This document shows, piece by piece, positions 1-10,366 of a stretch of DNA of 64,000 nt. Location: NCBI GenBank assembly GCA_050290185.1, contig JBNKHE010000010.1:1-64000 (forward strand), in the 5' to 3' direction. A program made the translations under genes and the position numbers. Within the stretch, counting starts at the first letter, position 1, and each line of letters opens with the position of its first letter. The notes beneath the pieces were generated by a model. It was not told the DNA's origin and searched no databases. It was given only the letters and a program-made list of their open reading frames with translations. This stretch comes from Pontiella sp. GTDB taxonomy: Bacteria; Verrucomicrobiota; Kiritimatiellia; Kiritimatiellales; Pontiellaceae.

Positions 1-1026
1 ATCGATCTGGCTTCCGAAATGGGATGGTCCTACCAATTGCTGGACTGGTACTGGTACAAGAACATGACCTCCTACATGAAGGCGCTCCACGCCGAGCCGA
101 ACGAAGAGCCCGGCGAACTCGAATCGCCGGTTCCGGAAATGGACCTCAAGGAGCTGCTTCAATATGCAAAATCGAAGAACGTCCGGCTGCTGATCTGGGC
201 GCATTCGCTCGACCTCGAAACCTATGGCGTCGAAAAGGCGATGGACCATTTTTCCGGGCTGGGTTTTGCCGGCGTCAAGATCGACTTCCTCAACAGCCAG
301 TCGCAGGAAACCGTCCAGTGGTGTGAACGGGTACTGGCTGCGGCCGCGCGCCACAAGCTGATGGTCGACTTCCACGGAATGTACCATCCCACCGGTCTTT
401 CCCGCACCTGGCCGAACCTGGTGACGCAGGAAGGTGTCTACGGGAATGAATACAACAAGATGGGGACGTCGGTAACTCCGGCGCACCAGCTCAATCTGGT
501 CTTTACCCGCGCATTGCTCGGCCCGATGGACTACACGCCGGGCGGCTTTCTCAACCGCTGGCCGCAGGATTTTGAAATGACCTTCCCGACGCAGGTGCAG
601 GGATCGCGCGCCCGCGAGCTGGCGCTGCCTGTCCTGTATCCGAGTCCGCTCACGGTGTTCTGCGACCATCCCGACAACTATCGCGACCAGCCGGGCATCG
701 ACTACTATCGCAACATACCCACCACGTGGGATGACACCGTCGTGCTGTCCGCCGATGTGGGCGGGCACGTGGCGCTGGCCCGCAAGAAGGGCGACGCTTG
801 GTACATCGCGGCCATCAATCAGGATAAACCGCTGGAGCTGAAGCTTCCGCTCGCGTTTTTAGGCGACGGAACCTGGGAGGTGCAGGCGTATGCGGACAGC
901 ACCGAAGCCGATGCGCCGGCTACGGCCGTCAAGCAGGGGCATTCCAAGGTGAAGGCCTCCGACGAGCTCGATATCCGGCTCTCGGCCGCCGGCGGTTATG
1001 CGGCGATTCTCAAGCCGGCAAAATAG
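1..1026 (+). CDS. Glycoside hydrolase family 97 (alpha-glucosidase/alpha-galactosidase), 5'-truncated by the window edge
   Basis: Frame is open from base 1 (IDLASEMGWSYQLLDWYW). GH97 motifs GVKIDF, DFHG..PTGLSRTWPN..TQEGV.G.E and FTR.L.GPMDYTPG; C-terminal ARKKGDAWYIAA..L.L.L.FL..GGYAA. Confidence 0.9.
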   Translation: MDLASEMGWSYQLLDWYWYKNMTSYMKALHAEPNEEPGELESPVPEMDLKELLQYAKSKNVRLLIWAHSLDLETYGVEKAMDHFSGLGFAGVKIDFLNSQSQETVQWCERVLAAAARHKLMVDFHGMYHPTGLSRTWPNLVTQEGVYGNEYNKMGTSVTPAHQLNLVFTRALLGPMDYTPGGFLNRWPQDFEMTFPTQVQGSRARELALPVLYPSPLTVFCDHPDNYRDQPGIDYYRNIPTTWDDTVVLSADVGGHVALARKKGDAWYIAAINQDKPLELKLPLAFLGDGTWEVQAYADSTEADAPATAVKQGHSKVKASDELDIRLSAAGGYAAILKPAK

Positions 1027-1066
1027 ACGCTTAGTTGAAAAAGAGGATGTTGGGAAACGGAAGGCG

Positions 1067-2752
1067 ATGATGAATATGCGGAAGAAACAGTATTGGGGCT
1101 TGGGCCTGGCTCTGCTGGGCGGTTTTTGGGCGCAGCAGGCCGGTGCGGCCATTCCGAGTTCGGCGGAGCCGAAGGTGATCGTGAACACGGACAAGGAGCC
1201 GATCGCCGAGGGCCTGTTCAAGCCGACGTGGAAGTCGCTGGAACAGTCCGAGGTTCCCGAGTGGTTCCGCGATGCCAAGTTCGGCATCTGGGCCCACTGG
1301 GGGCCGCAGTGCGAGCCGGAGGCGAGCGATTGGTATGCCCGCGCCATGTATCTGGAGGGCCATTGGCAAAATCAGATCCATCTCGACAAGTACGGCCATC
1401 CCTCCGAGTTCGGTTTCAAGGATGTCATCCACGAGTGGAAGGCGGACAAGTGGGATCCGGGAAAGCTCGTGAAGCTCTACAAGCGTGTCGGTGCCCGGTA
1501 TTTCTTCGCCATGGCCAACCACCACGACAACCTCGACCTGTGGGACTCCAAATACCAGCCATGGAACTCCGTGGCCGTTGGACCGAAGAAAAATATCATC
1601 GCCGGGTGGGCGAAGGCTGCCCATGATAACGATCTTCCGTTCGGTATCAGCGTGCATGCCGCGCATGCCTGGAGCTGGTACGAACCGTCGCAGGGGGCCG
1701 ACACGAACGGACCCTACGCCGGTGTGCCCTACGACGGGAAACTGACCAAGGCCGATGGAAAGGGTACCTGGTGGGAAGGCCTCGATCCGCAGGATCTCTA
1801 CGAACAAAACCACGAGCCGAGCCCCAATTTCCAGAATGAAAAAGGACTCTGGGGACGTTGGGACTGGGGCAACGGGGTTTCCCAACCCGACCAAGCGTTC
1901 TGCGACCGGTTCTACAACCGCACGATGGACCTGATCAACAAATACCATCCTGACCTGATCTATTTCGACGACACCGCGCTGCCGCTCTGGCCCGTCAGCG
2001 ACGTCGGCCTCAAGCTCGCCGCGCACTACTACAACAGCAACATGAAGCTGCACGACGGCAAGCTCGAAGCCGTCCTGTTTGGCAAGGTGCTCGACAAGGA
2101 GCAGCGCAAGGCGATCACCTGGGATGTCGAACGCGGCGCCCCGGCCGACATCGTCGAGCCCGCCTGGCAGACCTGCACCTGCATCGGCAACTGGCACTAC
2201 GACCGCGGCCTGTACGAACGAGGCGGCTACAAGAGCGCAAAGACGGTCATTCAGATGCTGGCCGACGTCGTCAGCAAGAACGGCAATCTGCTGCTCGATA
2301 TTCCCGTGCGCGGCGACGGCTCCATCGACGAAAAGGAAGAAGCCATTCTCGAAGGCATCGCCGGTTGGATGGACGTGAACAAGGAATGTATTTTCGCTAC
2401 GCGCCCCTGGAAGATCTTTGGCGAAGGACCGGCCACTGATGGTTCCGAAAGCGACGCGGAGTCATTCAAATTCAACGAAGGCAAGGGCAAGCCGTTGACG
2501 TGGGAAGATGTCCGTTTCACCACCAAGGGCGATACGCTCTACGCGATCATCCTCGACGCGCCCGAAGGCAGAGAGTTGAGCATTAAATCGCTCGGGCTAA
2601 GTTCGGAGCTGGTTGAGGGCCGGAAGATCAATAGTGTCGAGCTGCTCGGTTCTGATCAAAAGCTGGACTGGAAGCAAACCAAGGACGGCCTCAAGGTTAA
2701 GGTGCCGGGCGAGGATATCGCTGTGCTGAAGATTCAAGGTGTTTTGAAGTAG
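1067..2752 (+). CDS. Alpha-L-fucosidase, GH29, secreted
   Basis: Motifs PEWFRDAKFGIWAHWG, MANHHDN, DLIYFD, WQTCTCIG.WHY and DVVSKNGNLLL. Signal peptide follows Met at 1067-1076; the ORF track starts at 998, overlapping the upstream gene. Confidence 0.92.
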   Translation: MMNMRKKQYWGLGLALLGGFWAQQAGAAIPSSAEPKVIVNTDKEPIAEGLFKPTWKSLEQSEVPEWFRDAKFGIWAHWGPQCEPEASDWYARAMYLEGHWQNQIHLDKYGHPSEFGFKDVIHEWKADKWDPGKLVKLYKRVGARYFFAMANHHDNLDLWDSKYQPWNSVAVGPKKNIIAGWAKAAHDNDLPFGISVHAAHAWSWYEPSQGADTNGPYAGVPYDGKLTKADGKGTWWEGLDPQDLYEQNHEPSPNFQNEKGLWGRWDWGNGVSQPDQAFCDRFYNRTMDLINKYHPDLIYFDDTALPLWPVSDVGLKLAAHYYNSNMKLHDGKLEAVLFGKVLDKEQRKAITWDVERGAPADIVEPAWQTCTCIGNWHYDRGLYERGGYKSAKTVIQMLADVVSKNGNLLLDIPVRGDGSIDEKEEAILEGIAGWMDVNKECIFATRPWKIFGEGPATDGSESDAESFKFNEGKGKPLTWEDVRFTTKGDTLYAIILDAPEGRELSIKSLGLSSELVEGRKINSVELLGSDQKLDWKQTKDGLKVKVPGEDIAVLKIQGVLK

Positions 2753-2848
2753 TGGCGGGGCGATCCTGTGCATACCCAATCCCCCTCCAAAACTGCATCG
2801 TCAGGAGGAGGGGGAGCTTCTAGAAGTGAAGGAAATGAATAGGTTTAA

Positions 2849-3871
2849 ATGAAGAAGGTCGTTTCATTGTTCGTGGCGTTGCAGGCTGTCTTTTGTCAGA
2901 CGGCATCGGCTGCGCCATATTCTACCTACACTGGACCCCAAATAACCGTTGTGCCTTGGAATGGCGCGCAATCGGCCGTATCGCTTACCTTTGACGATGG
3001 ACTGGATTCACAGCTGGATCTTGCGGTTCCGGCGTTGGATGCAAAAGGCATGAAGGCTACGTTTTTCATAACGGAAACCGCACTAAAGGGTCGTCGAGTC
3101 GCCGATTGGAAAAAGCTGATTTTGGACGGACATGAAATCGGAAACCATTCCAAACACCACTATCAACCCAGTGACACTCCAACTCAATCCCATCAGAGGA
3201 CGTATGACGATACGTTGGGCCGTGATGAATCCGTCGGAGCTCAACAAGAGATCGAGCAGGCGATGGGCACATCCGTTGTCTCATATGCGTATCCTTACTG
3301 CGCGAACGATCCACATCTTGTAAAATACCTGCCGGACACGCACCTGTCTGCAAGAGGAGGGTGGGGCAAGGACGGAACCTACTTCATGAAACCGTCATAT
3401 GCCCCGGATTGGATGAACCTCCCGACCCAATTTACGTCGAAGGATGGACGCTTCGATACGGACTACAAGGGGTGGGTGGATCGTGCAATCAGCGAAGGGG
3501 CCTGGACCGTCATTACGGTGCATGGTGTAGGGGATGCTTCCACGACCTTGCCTCTGGATCAGATGAATTTATTGTTTAACTATCTGGATGCCCATCGGTC
3601 CAACATCTGGATCGCGCCGTACGGAACGGTCAGCGGATATTGGCGGGCGCAGAAAATAGTTGAAGACCTTACACCGAAAGCGACGGCAACCGGGACAAGC
3701 TATGCCTGGGACGTGCCGGCATGCTTCCGCCATCCGATTAATCTCAAAGTGAAGATAAGGAACGGGGAGGGCTACCGGCTGGTTCAAAAGGGGGTAACTC
3801 TCCAGCCTGATGCCGATGGCACGTATACGATCTCCTTTGGCGCCAAGGCACTTGAATTGATAAAGAAATGA
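2849..3871 (+). CDS. Polysaccharide deacetylase (CE4/NodB domain), secreted
   Basis: SLTFDDG, ATFF, GHEIGNHS.HH and YAYPY motifs; N-terminal signal peptide. Confidence 0.85.
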   Translation: MKKVVSLFVALQAVFCQTASAAPYSTYTGPQITVVPWNGAQSAVSLTFDDGLDSQLDLAVPALDAKGMKATFFITETALKGRRVADWKKLILDGHEIGNHSKHHYQPSDTPTQSHQRTYDDTLGRDESVGAQQEIEQAMGTSVVSYAYPYCANDPHLVKYLPDTHLSARGGWGKDGTYFMKPSYAPDWMNLPTQFTSKDGRFDTDYKGWVDRAISEGAWTVITVHGVGDASTTLPLDQMNLLFNYLDAHRSNIWIAPYGTVSGYWRAQKIVEDLTPKATATGTSYAWDVPACFRHPINLKVKIRNGEGYRLVQKGVTLQPDADGTYTISFGAKALELIKK

Positions 3872-6600
3872 GAGCTATGAAACGTCTGACCTTGAACAGG
3901 AAGTCCACTTGCCTGCAGCATATTGCGATGGAAGCGATGCGGGGCATCGCCGCACCCAAACGGGGACTTGCCTTTGCGTTGGTGTTCGCCGGTGGTCTGC
4001 TGTCGAGCCAGGTGGCCGGTGCTGCGCCGGAGACGATCCGCCAATATCTCTCCGGCCGCGACGCGGAAAACCCGGTACAGTGGGAGTTTCATGCCTCGGC
4101 GGGACGCAACAGCGGAAAATGGACGGAGATTGTGGTGCCGGGATGCTGGGAGTTCCAGGGCTTTGGGGAATTCCGTTACGGCTTCAGTGATCAGTATCAT
4201 GAGCCGGTCCGGGGCGACTACCGTCACACGTTCAAGATTTCCTCCGACTGGAAAGGGCGGCGTGTGATCATCGTGTTCGATGGCGTGATGACGGATGCGT
4301 CGGTGAAGGTAAATGGAAAGGACGCCGGGCCGATGCACCAGGGGGCGTTCTACCAGTTTAAATACGACATCACCGAGCTGGTCCGGTTCGGGGAGGAAAA
4401 CAAGTTGGAAGTGTCGGTGGTCGATCAGTCTTCGAACGAATCGGTCAACAACGCCGAACGCATGGCCGACTTCTGGATCTTCGGCGGCATCTACCGTCCA
4501 GTCTGGCTGGAGGCCGAGCCTCCGCAATTTATGGATCGTGTGGCCATCGATGCGAAAGCCGACGGCACCTTCGCGATGGACTTTTTCCTCGGGGGCGAAG
4601 GCAAGGCCGATACGGTTGCGGTGGCGTTGCTGGATTCGAAGGGGCAGGCCGTGGGCAACCCCGTCAAGGTGTCGGTGAAAAAAGGCCGTGTTGAAATCAA
4701 TCTTTCCAATCCTGAACTGTGGAGCGCGGAAACGCCGGCGCTGTACACCGCCGTGATCCAGCTTCGGCAGGGTGCAAAGGTGCTGCACGAAACCCGGCAA
4801 CGGTTTGGTTTCCGCACCATCGAAGTGCGCAAGGGCGACGGATTCTACGTAAACGGCAAAAAGGTCATGATGCGCGGGGTCAACCACCATGTGGCGTGGC
4901 CGACGCTCGGGCGGGCGTCGTCGGAACGAATTGCCAACCTGGACCTCGATCTGATCCGTGAGATGAATATGAACGCCGTGCGCATGTCGCACTATCCGCC
5001 GGACGAGCGCTTTCTGGAACTGTGCGACGAGCGCGGGTTTTACGTATTGGACGAGCTGACCGGCTGGCAGGCTCCGTACGACGACGAGGTCGGGGCGAAG
5101 CTGGTGAAGGAGATGATGGTGCGCGACGTGAACCATCCGAGCATCGTGGCCTGGTGCAACGGCAACGAAGGCGGCTGGAACACGAACCTGGATCCGCTCT
5201 ATCCCGAACTGGATCCGCAGCAACGCCCGGTAATCCATCCCTGGGCCTGGTTCGAGGATCTTGAAACCAAGCACTACCCGGACTACAAGACGCTCACCGA
5301 CATGCTGGACAGCGGTGCCGTTGTGATGCCGACCGAGTTCCTGCACGGGCTTTACGATGGCGGCCATGGCGCGGGGCTGGAGGATTTCTGGCAGGCGATG
5401 CGCAATGCCAAGAGTTCCTCCGGCGGCTTCCTTTGGGTCTTTGCCGACGAAGGGGTGCAGCGCGACGACTTGGACGGGAAGATCGATGTTGCAGGAAATT
5501 CTGCGCCGGACGGCATACTCGGGCCGTTCCGCGAAAAGGAAGGTAGCTTCTACACCATCAAGGAAATCTGGTCGCCGGTGCAACTGCCCCGCGAGTTGCC
5601 GAAGAATTTCAACGGCACGCTGTCCGTGGAAAACCGCTATGACTTTACGGATCTCTCCCAGTGCAGTTTCCGCTGGCAGCTCCAACGGTTTTCAAAGACG
5701 ACCGAGACGGTGGAGGAGGGAGTGCAAGCCGGTCCTGCGGTTGCGCCGGGGAAAACCGGTACGCTGAAGCTGGATCTTCCCGCCCAATGGCGGAACGGAC
5801 AGGCCGATGCCCTGTCGGTGGCGGCCATAGATTCCGCCGGTCGCGAACTGTGGGCCTGGGTCTACCCGTTGAAGGCGCAGTCGGACTATGTGCCTCAGGG
5901 AACGCCTGTGAAGCCGATGTTATCGGGCGGCGAGCTGCACCTGAAGACCGGATATGCCGAATTGCGCATCGAGCAGAAAACCGGACGGTTGCTGGACGTT
6001 TCCGTGGATGGAGCGCCGTTTTCGCTGCACGGTGTGGGGGCCATCGAGGATGCCCGCTGGCAGGCGCTGGATTCCGGCTGGTTCAAACTCGACTACACCG
6101 TTGATCCGCAGGAAGACCCGAATCGCGTCGGCGTGACGTTTGATTATCCCGAGGACAAGATGGTGAAGAAGAGCTGGCTGGGCAACGGGCCCTACCGCGT
6201 CTGGCGCAACCGGCTCGCCGGGGTTTCGCTGGGTATCTGGGAAACGGACTTCAACCAGACGGGGACCGGCTGGAAGGATTGGGTCTATCCCGAATACGGC
6301 GGCTTTTTCTCCGGAGTGCGCTGGCTGCGGCTGACCACCACCGAGGGTGTGCTGACGCTGGTGGTTCCCGATGAAGACAAGTTCGTGCGCGTCGGTACGC
6401 CGTGCTTCCCCGACGAAAACCTGATGAAGGGCACGAAGATCGCCTTCCCCGAGGGCAACCTGGCCGTGCTGGGCGACATTCCGGGCATCGGCACCAAGCT
6501 CAAGAGCGCCGCCCAAACCGGGCCGCAGGGGGCTACTCCATGGGTCAGCGAGCCATACAAGGGAACCATTTATCTGCGCTTTGAACCTGAAACAGATTGA
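3868..6600 (+). CDS. Glycoside hydrolase family 2 (beta-galactosidase-like)
   Basis: FDGVMTDA, GGIYRPVWL, RFGFRTIE, GVNHH, NAVRMSHYP, NHPSIVAW.NGNE (acid/base) and PTEFLH (nucleophile). Start may be 3868 (ATGA overlap) or 3928/3937. Confidence 0.9.
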   Translation: MRAMKRLTLNRKSTCLQHIAMEAMRGIAAPKRGLAFALVFAGGLLSSQVAGAAPETIRQYLSGRDAENPVQWEFHASAGRNSGKWTEIVVPGCWEFQGFGEFRYGFSDQYHEPVRGDYRHTFKISSDWKGRRVIIVFDGVMTDASVKVNGKDAGPMHQGAFYQFKYDITELVRFGEENKLEVSVVDQSSNESVNNAERMADFWIFGGIYRPVWLEAEPPQFMDRVAIDAKADGTFAMDFFLGGEGKADTVAVALLDSKGQAVGNPVKVSVKKGRVEINLSNPELWSAETPALYTAVIQLRQGAKVLHETRQRFGFRTIEVRKGDGFYVNGKKVMMRGVNHHVAWPTLGRASSERIANLDLDLIREMNMNAVRMSHYPPDERFLELCDERGFYVLDELTGWQAPYDDEVGAKLVKEMMVRDVNHPSIVAWCNGNEGGWNTNLDPLYPELDPQQRPVIHPWAWFEDLETKHYPDYKTLTDMLDSGAVVMPTEFLHGLYDGGHGAGLEDFWQAMRNAKSSSGGFLWVFADEGVQRDDLDGKIDVAGNSAPDGILGPFREKEGSFYTIKEIWSPVQLPRELPKNFNGTLSVENRYDFTDLSQCSFRWQLQRFSKTTETVEEGVQAGPAVAPGKTGTLKLDLPAQWRNGQADALSVAAIDSAGRELWAWVYPLKAQSDYVPQGTPVKPMLSGGELHLKTGYAELRIEQKTGRLLDVSVDGAPFSLHGVGAIEDARWQALDSGWFKLDYTVDPQEDPNRVGVTFDYPEDKMVKKSWLGNGPYRVWRNRLAGVSLGIWETDFNQTGTGWKDWVYPEYGGFFSGVRWLRLTTTEGVLTLVVPDEDKFVRVGTPCFPDENLMKGTKIAFPEGNLAVLGDIPGIGTKLKSAAQTGPQGATPWVSEPYKGTIYLRFEPETD

Positions 6601-6617
6601 AGGACTGGAGACCACCA

Positions 6618-8576
6618 ATGAAGCAATGTAGAAACCTACAGCAAGCCATCGCTACCGCAGTCGTATTGATTATCGTTTCGGCCTGTGCCGCAAACGATTC
6701 GAAGCCTTTTGTGAGTCCGATCTTCGGGGAGCACATGGTGCTGCAGCGCGGCAAGCCGAACACGATGTGGGGCTGGACGGAACCTGGCAAGAAGGTGCGG
6801 GTCAAAATCGGGGCGAAGCAGGCCGTCGCCACGGCGGGCAAGGATGGAAAGTGGGTGCTGAAGATACAGCCGCCGAAGGCGGGCGGTCCCTATACGCTGA
6901 CCATCGACGGGCCGCAGCATGTCGAATGGACCGACATTCTCGTGGGCGATGTCTGGCTCTGCACGGGGCAGTCCAACATGGAGATGGGCATCGGCCAGGC
7001 CTTCGGTGGTCCGGAGGAGATCAAGGCGGCCGACCAGCATCGGACCCTCCGGTTGTGCGTCGTGGAAGACACGGTGGCCTATGCACCGCACGAAGTGGTG
7101 GATGCCGCATGGCGCACCTGTGCGTCGGATACGCTGGGCGCCGGTGGATGGGCTGGCTTTTCCGCTGTCGGCTACTTTTTCGGCTGCCGCCTCCAAGAAG
7201 AGGTCGATGTGCCGATCGGGCTGATCCAGAATTGCTGGGGTGGTACGGCGGCCGAGTGCTGGACGAGCGCCGAATCGCTCCGCCCGTTCAAGGTTTTTGA
7301 TGCGACACTTGAAAAAGAGGCGCACTATCTGAAGCAGGGGGCACCGGAATATGGATTCTCTCTGTATCATTGGATCGACGAGAACGATGCCGGCCTGAAG
7401 GGCGAGACCTGGTTTTCCGCCGACCTCGATGACGACGACTGGAAGAAGGTTGCACTGCCCGACGCGTTCGAGGAACTCGGTGTACCCGAAGCTCCCGCGA
7501 TCTGCTACTTCCGCACAACCGTCGATCTCCCCGATCCGCTGCCCGCAGGCGAGGCGCACATTCGGCTGGGCAACATCGAAAAGCTGGACCTGGTAAAGAT
7601 CAACGGGCGAGAGGTTGGGAGCGATACCTGGGAATGGAACTTCCGCAACTATGCGATCGGTCCGGACATCCTCAAGCCTGGTAAAAACGTGGTGGCGGTT
7701 CGCGTGTTCAAGACGGCCAAGGATGGCGGTTTCCTCGCCAAGCCCGAAGAGATGAAACTGGTGCTCGGCGATGGCACGGATGTTTCGCTCGCGGACGGAT
7801 GGAAGGGCAAGCTCAGCGTGGACACGCAGCATTTCGCGCCCGCCGACTATGCCGTTTGGCCGACCATGCCTTCGGTGCTCTACAACGGCATGATCAAGCC
7901 GGTTGCGCCGTTGGCGATTACAGGGGCCATCTGGTACCAGGGCGAAGCCAATGCGGGCCGCGCCGCGCAATACCGCAAGTTGCTGCCGACCATGATCGGC
8001 GATTGGCGTTCGCTGTTCGATCAGGGCGACTTCCCGTTCTACATCGTCAGCCTTGCCGCCTTCATGGATCACCGCGACCAGCCCGGCGATGATGCCTGGG
8101 CGGAAATACGCGAGGCGCAGGATCAGGTTGCGCAGACGATTGAAAATTCCGGTCTGGCCGTGGCGATCGATGTCGGCGATGCCAAAGACATCCACCCGCG
8201 CGACAAGAAGACGGTGGGGGATCGGCTCGGCCGGGTGGCGCTGGCCAATCATTATGGAAAGAAAATAGTCTGTTCCGGTCCGCGCTTTGTTTCCGCCAAG
8301 CCGGTCGCCGGCGGCGCGCTCCGGATTCAATTCGACCACACGGACGGCGGTTTGGTGGTGAAGGGCGACAAGCTGGGCGAGTTTTCCGTTTGTGGAGACG
8401 ACGGCAAGTGGGTTTGGGCCGACGCAAAAATCGACGGCGACACCGTCGTGGTTTCCTCGAAGGATGTGCCGCATCCGAAGCATGTGCGCTATGCCTGGCA
8501 GTCCAACCCGGAAGCGACGCTCTACAACGGCGCCGGTCTGCCCGCCATTCCGTTCCGCTCCGACGCCCCCAAGTAA
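6618..8576 (+). CDS. Sialate O-acetylesterase family (SASA/SGNH) with inserted sugar-binding domain
   Basis: MVLQRG, GDVWLCTGQSNM, FSAVGYFFG, GAIWYQGEAN, DIHPRDKK.VG.RL and VRYAW..NP...LYN.AGLPA.PFR. GGAG RBS precedes ATG 6618. Confidence 0.9.
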   Translation: MKQCRNLQQAIATAVVLIIVSACAANDSKPFVSPIFGEHMVLQRGKPNTMWGWTEPGKKVRVKIGAKQAVATAGKDGKWVLKIQPPKAGGPYTLTIDGPQHVEWTDILVGDVWLCTGQSNMEMGIGQAFGGPEEIKAADQHRTLRLCVVEDTVAYAPHEVVDAAWRTCASDTLGAGGWAGFSAVGYFFGCRLQEEVDVPIGLIQNCWGGTAAECWTSAESLRPFKVFDATLEKEAHYLKQGAPEYGFSLYHWIDENDAGLKGETWFSADLDDDDWKKVALPDAFEELGVPEAPAICYFRTTVDLPDPLPAGEAHIRLGNIEKLDLVKINGREVGSDTWEWNFRNYAIGPDILKPGKNVVAVRVFKTAKDGGFLAKPEEMKLVLGDGTDVSLADGWKGKLSVDTQHFAPADYAVWPTMPSVLYNGMIKPVAPLAITGAIWYQGEANAGRAAQYRKLLPTMIGDWRSLFDQGDFPFYIVSLAAFMDHRDQPGDDAWAEIREAQDQVAQTIENSGLAVAIDVGDAKDIHPRDKKTVGDRLGRVALANHYGKKIVCSGPRFVSAKPVAGGALRIQFDHTDGGLVVKGDKLGEFSVCGDDGKWVWADAKIDGDTVVVSSKDVPHPKHVRYAWQSNPEATLYNGAGLPAIPFRSDAPK

Positions 8577-8703
8577 TCCTAGATCCGGGAATGGCCGATC
8601 CTACTGCATCTGCTACGGTTCCTGAGCTTCGCGGTAGGTCACTACAGCTTCAGCTCTTGAATCTTGCATCTACAGCATGCTTGGCCATTCCTGAATCTAG
8701 GAT
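8576..8703. repeat. Long imperfect inverted repeat with 21-bp arms
   Basis: ATCCTAGATCCGGGAATGGCC (8576-8596) matches the reverse complement of GGCCATTCCTGAATCTAGGAT (8683-8703) at 19 of 21 positions. Confidence 0.7.
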
Positions 8704-8817
8704 AATGCTTTTTTCAGATAGGTTTGGGCATATTTCTGCAGATAGGCAGAGACGGCAGTGTTGTTTGTTTAACCGCGATAGAACGCATAGAACGCGAAAA
8801 ATCAGGTGTTTTGGTCT

Positions 8818-8867
8818 TTGTGATCATTGCGCGCAATTTATCCTGTTCGTTTCAATTGTGTGGTTAA
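8818..8867. repeat. ~50-bp inverted repeat, left arm (partner at 11633-11681)
   Basis: TTGTGATCATTGCGCGCAATTTATCCTGTTCGTTTCAATTGTGTGGTTAA is a near reverse complement of TTAGCCACACAATTGAGACGAACAGGATAAATTGCGCACAAAATCACAA. Confidence 0.8.
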
Positions 8868-8893
8868 TTAGACAGGATTAACACGATGAACGG

Positions 8894-9036
8894 GATGTTG
8901 GGGTAGGGATGGCTCTCCCGAGTGAGGCCCGCCGCAACCAAAATCTCACCACAGAGCTCACTGAGGACGCGGAGGCATAACTGAATTGACCCCTCCGTGA
9001 ACTCCGTGCCCTCTAGCAAAGCGCGTGGTAAAACGA
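8894..9036 (+). repeat. ~145-bp intergenic direct repeat, copy 1 (family B, REP-like)
   Basis: GATGTTGGGGTAGGGATGGCTCTC...AAAATCTCACCACAGAG.TCACTGAGGAC.CGGAGGCATAACTGAA...CCCTCTAGC...GCGCGTGGT recurs at 10087-10231. Its 5' part recurs again at 11727-11762. Confidence 0.85.
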
Positions 9037-9123
9037 CCTGATAATCACCAGAAAAAGGGTGCGTTGTTGAAATATCGGATCGCTTGTCGGCCATAGCCTC
9101 TGGCGACGGCTGGACCCTTTTGC

Positions 9124-9354
9124 TCACGAGATAGCATCGGTCGGCGGAGACTCGTTCGTGAATTCCAGCAGGTCGCCGGGTTGGCACTCCAGAATTTCGC
9201 ATAGCTTTTCCAGCGTGCCAAAGCGGATGGCTTTGGCGCGGCCGGTTTTGAGCACCGAAAGGTTTTGAGGGGTAATCCCCACCATTTCCGCTAAGGTATT
9301 AAGCCTCATTTTTCTTCGGGCGAGCATCACGTCTAGATTGACTATAATCGGCAT
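9124..9354 (-). CDS. XRE/Cro-family HTH transcriptional regulator (YozG-like)
   Basis: MPIIVNLDVMLARRKM..NLSVLKTGRAKAIRF.TL..LC..L.CQPGDLL is the YozG-type signature. It lies directly downstream of a DUF2975 gene, the usual arrangement. Confidence 0.92.
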   Translation of the reverse strand: MPIIVNLDVMLARRKMRLNTLAEMVGITPQNLSVLKTGRAKAIRFGTLEKLCEILECQPGDLLEFTNESPPTDAIS

Positions 9355-9369
9355 AACGTTTCCGTCCCT

Positions 9370-9918
9370 TTAAATCGTGAGTTCATTCTCTTCGTGCAAT
9401 CCGCGCCCGTTATCCATTACCCATGAGATCAGCACAAAAAACACGCCCAGAAATAGTGATAGAAGCATCGATCCGCCAATATCTACGGACATTGAATTGT
9501 TCCGATATGCACTTAAACCCAAAGCCAGTATCAATGCGAAAATCTCGTAGCCGGTCCATAGAAGAAAAGTGACGCCAATTTGTTTGAGCTGCGCAACGCT
9601 TTCAGCAGTAAAAATTGCTCCCTTCTCATAGTAGAAGAAAAGTTTGATTACATGGAAAAGCCCTTTGAGCACAATGATAAAGGGAACCGCCAAAAAAATG
9701 AGGAACAAAAATATCGTGCCGATTGAGAAAGAATGGACGGGAATTGTAGTTTCTCTAATTGAAAACGTCCCATCGCCTGATGCAAATACCATGCTGACGA
9801 TCATCGCCAATCCGGCATAGGCAAGGATCGACGCTCCGAACAATCCTTTACAGATGCCTCTAACGATTCCGCTGACCTTGCGGATGTTCTCTAATCTCGC
9901 CAATGCTTCTTTGTCCAT
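9370..9918 (-). CDS. DUF2975 family membrane protein
   Basis: Four hydrophobic segments, YEKGAIFT..SV.QLK.IG and C-terminal G..L.EENELTI; paired with a YozG-like HTH gene. Confidence 0.85.
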   Translation of the reverse strand: MDKEALARLENIRKVSGIVRGICKGLFGASILAYAGLAMIVSMVFASGDGTFSIRETTIPVHSFSIGTIFLFLIFLAVPFIIVLKGLFHVIKLFFYYEKGAIFTAESVAQLKQIGVTFLLWTGYEIFALILALGLSAYRNNSMSVDIGGSMLLSLFLGVFFVLISWVMDNGRGLHEENELTI

Positions 9919-10004
9919 GCTTTTCTCCTTGTGCCGCTCTATCGGGTTTCATGTTGCTGGTGTCGAGATTGATAGGCGTATAGTCATCGCACGTCAATAT
10001 AAAG

Positions 10005-10021
10005 TTATCGAAAAACGATAA
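10005..10021. promoter_or_regulatory. Putative operator for the DUF2975-HTH operon
   Basis: Perfect dyad TTATCG-AAAAA-CGATAA about 90 bp upstream of the DUF2975 start, next to a minus-strand TTGACG (-35-like, 9992-9997). Confidence 0.6.
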
Positions 10022-10086
10022 AAAAGCACCGCAAGTCGGTTTGTGTTCGACGGGGTTATTCTGGAAAATGGCACCATGATGAATAA

Positions 10087-10231
10087 GATGTTGGGGTAGG
10101 GATGGCTCTCTGAGCCGTCCGCTCGCCGCAACAAAATCTCACCACAGAGGTCACTGAGGACACGGAGGCATAACTGAACTGGCCCCTCCGTGAACGCTGT
10201 GCCCTCTAGCGAGAGCGCGTGGTGAAAACGA
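10087..10231 (+). repeat. ~145-bp intergenic direct repeat, copy 2 (family B)
   Basis: Aligns by eye with 8894-9036. Confidence 0.85.
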
Positions 10232-10366
10232 GTAGGACGTTCCTCTCGCTAAAAGTACGAATTTTTCCTCCCATACTCCGTCAGCCTGGAATACTTTCCG
10301 GGAAATCAATCCACCGCACGTAAAGGCGGGAAAAATTCAGTCCAATCAATGGTTGAGGTAAATCCG

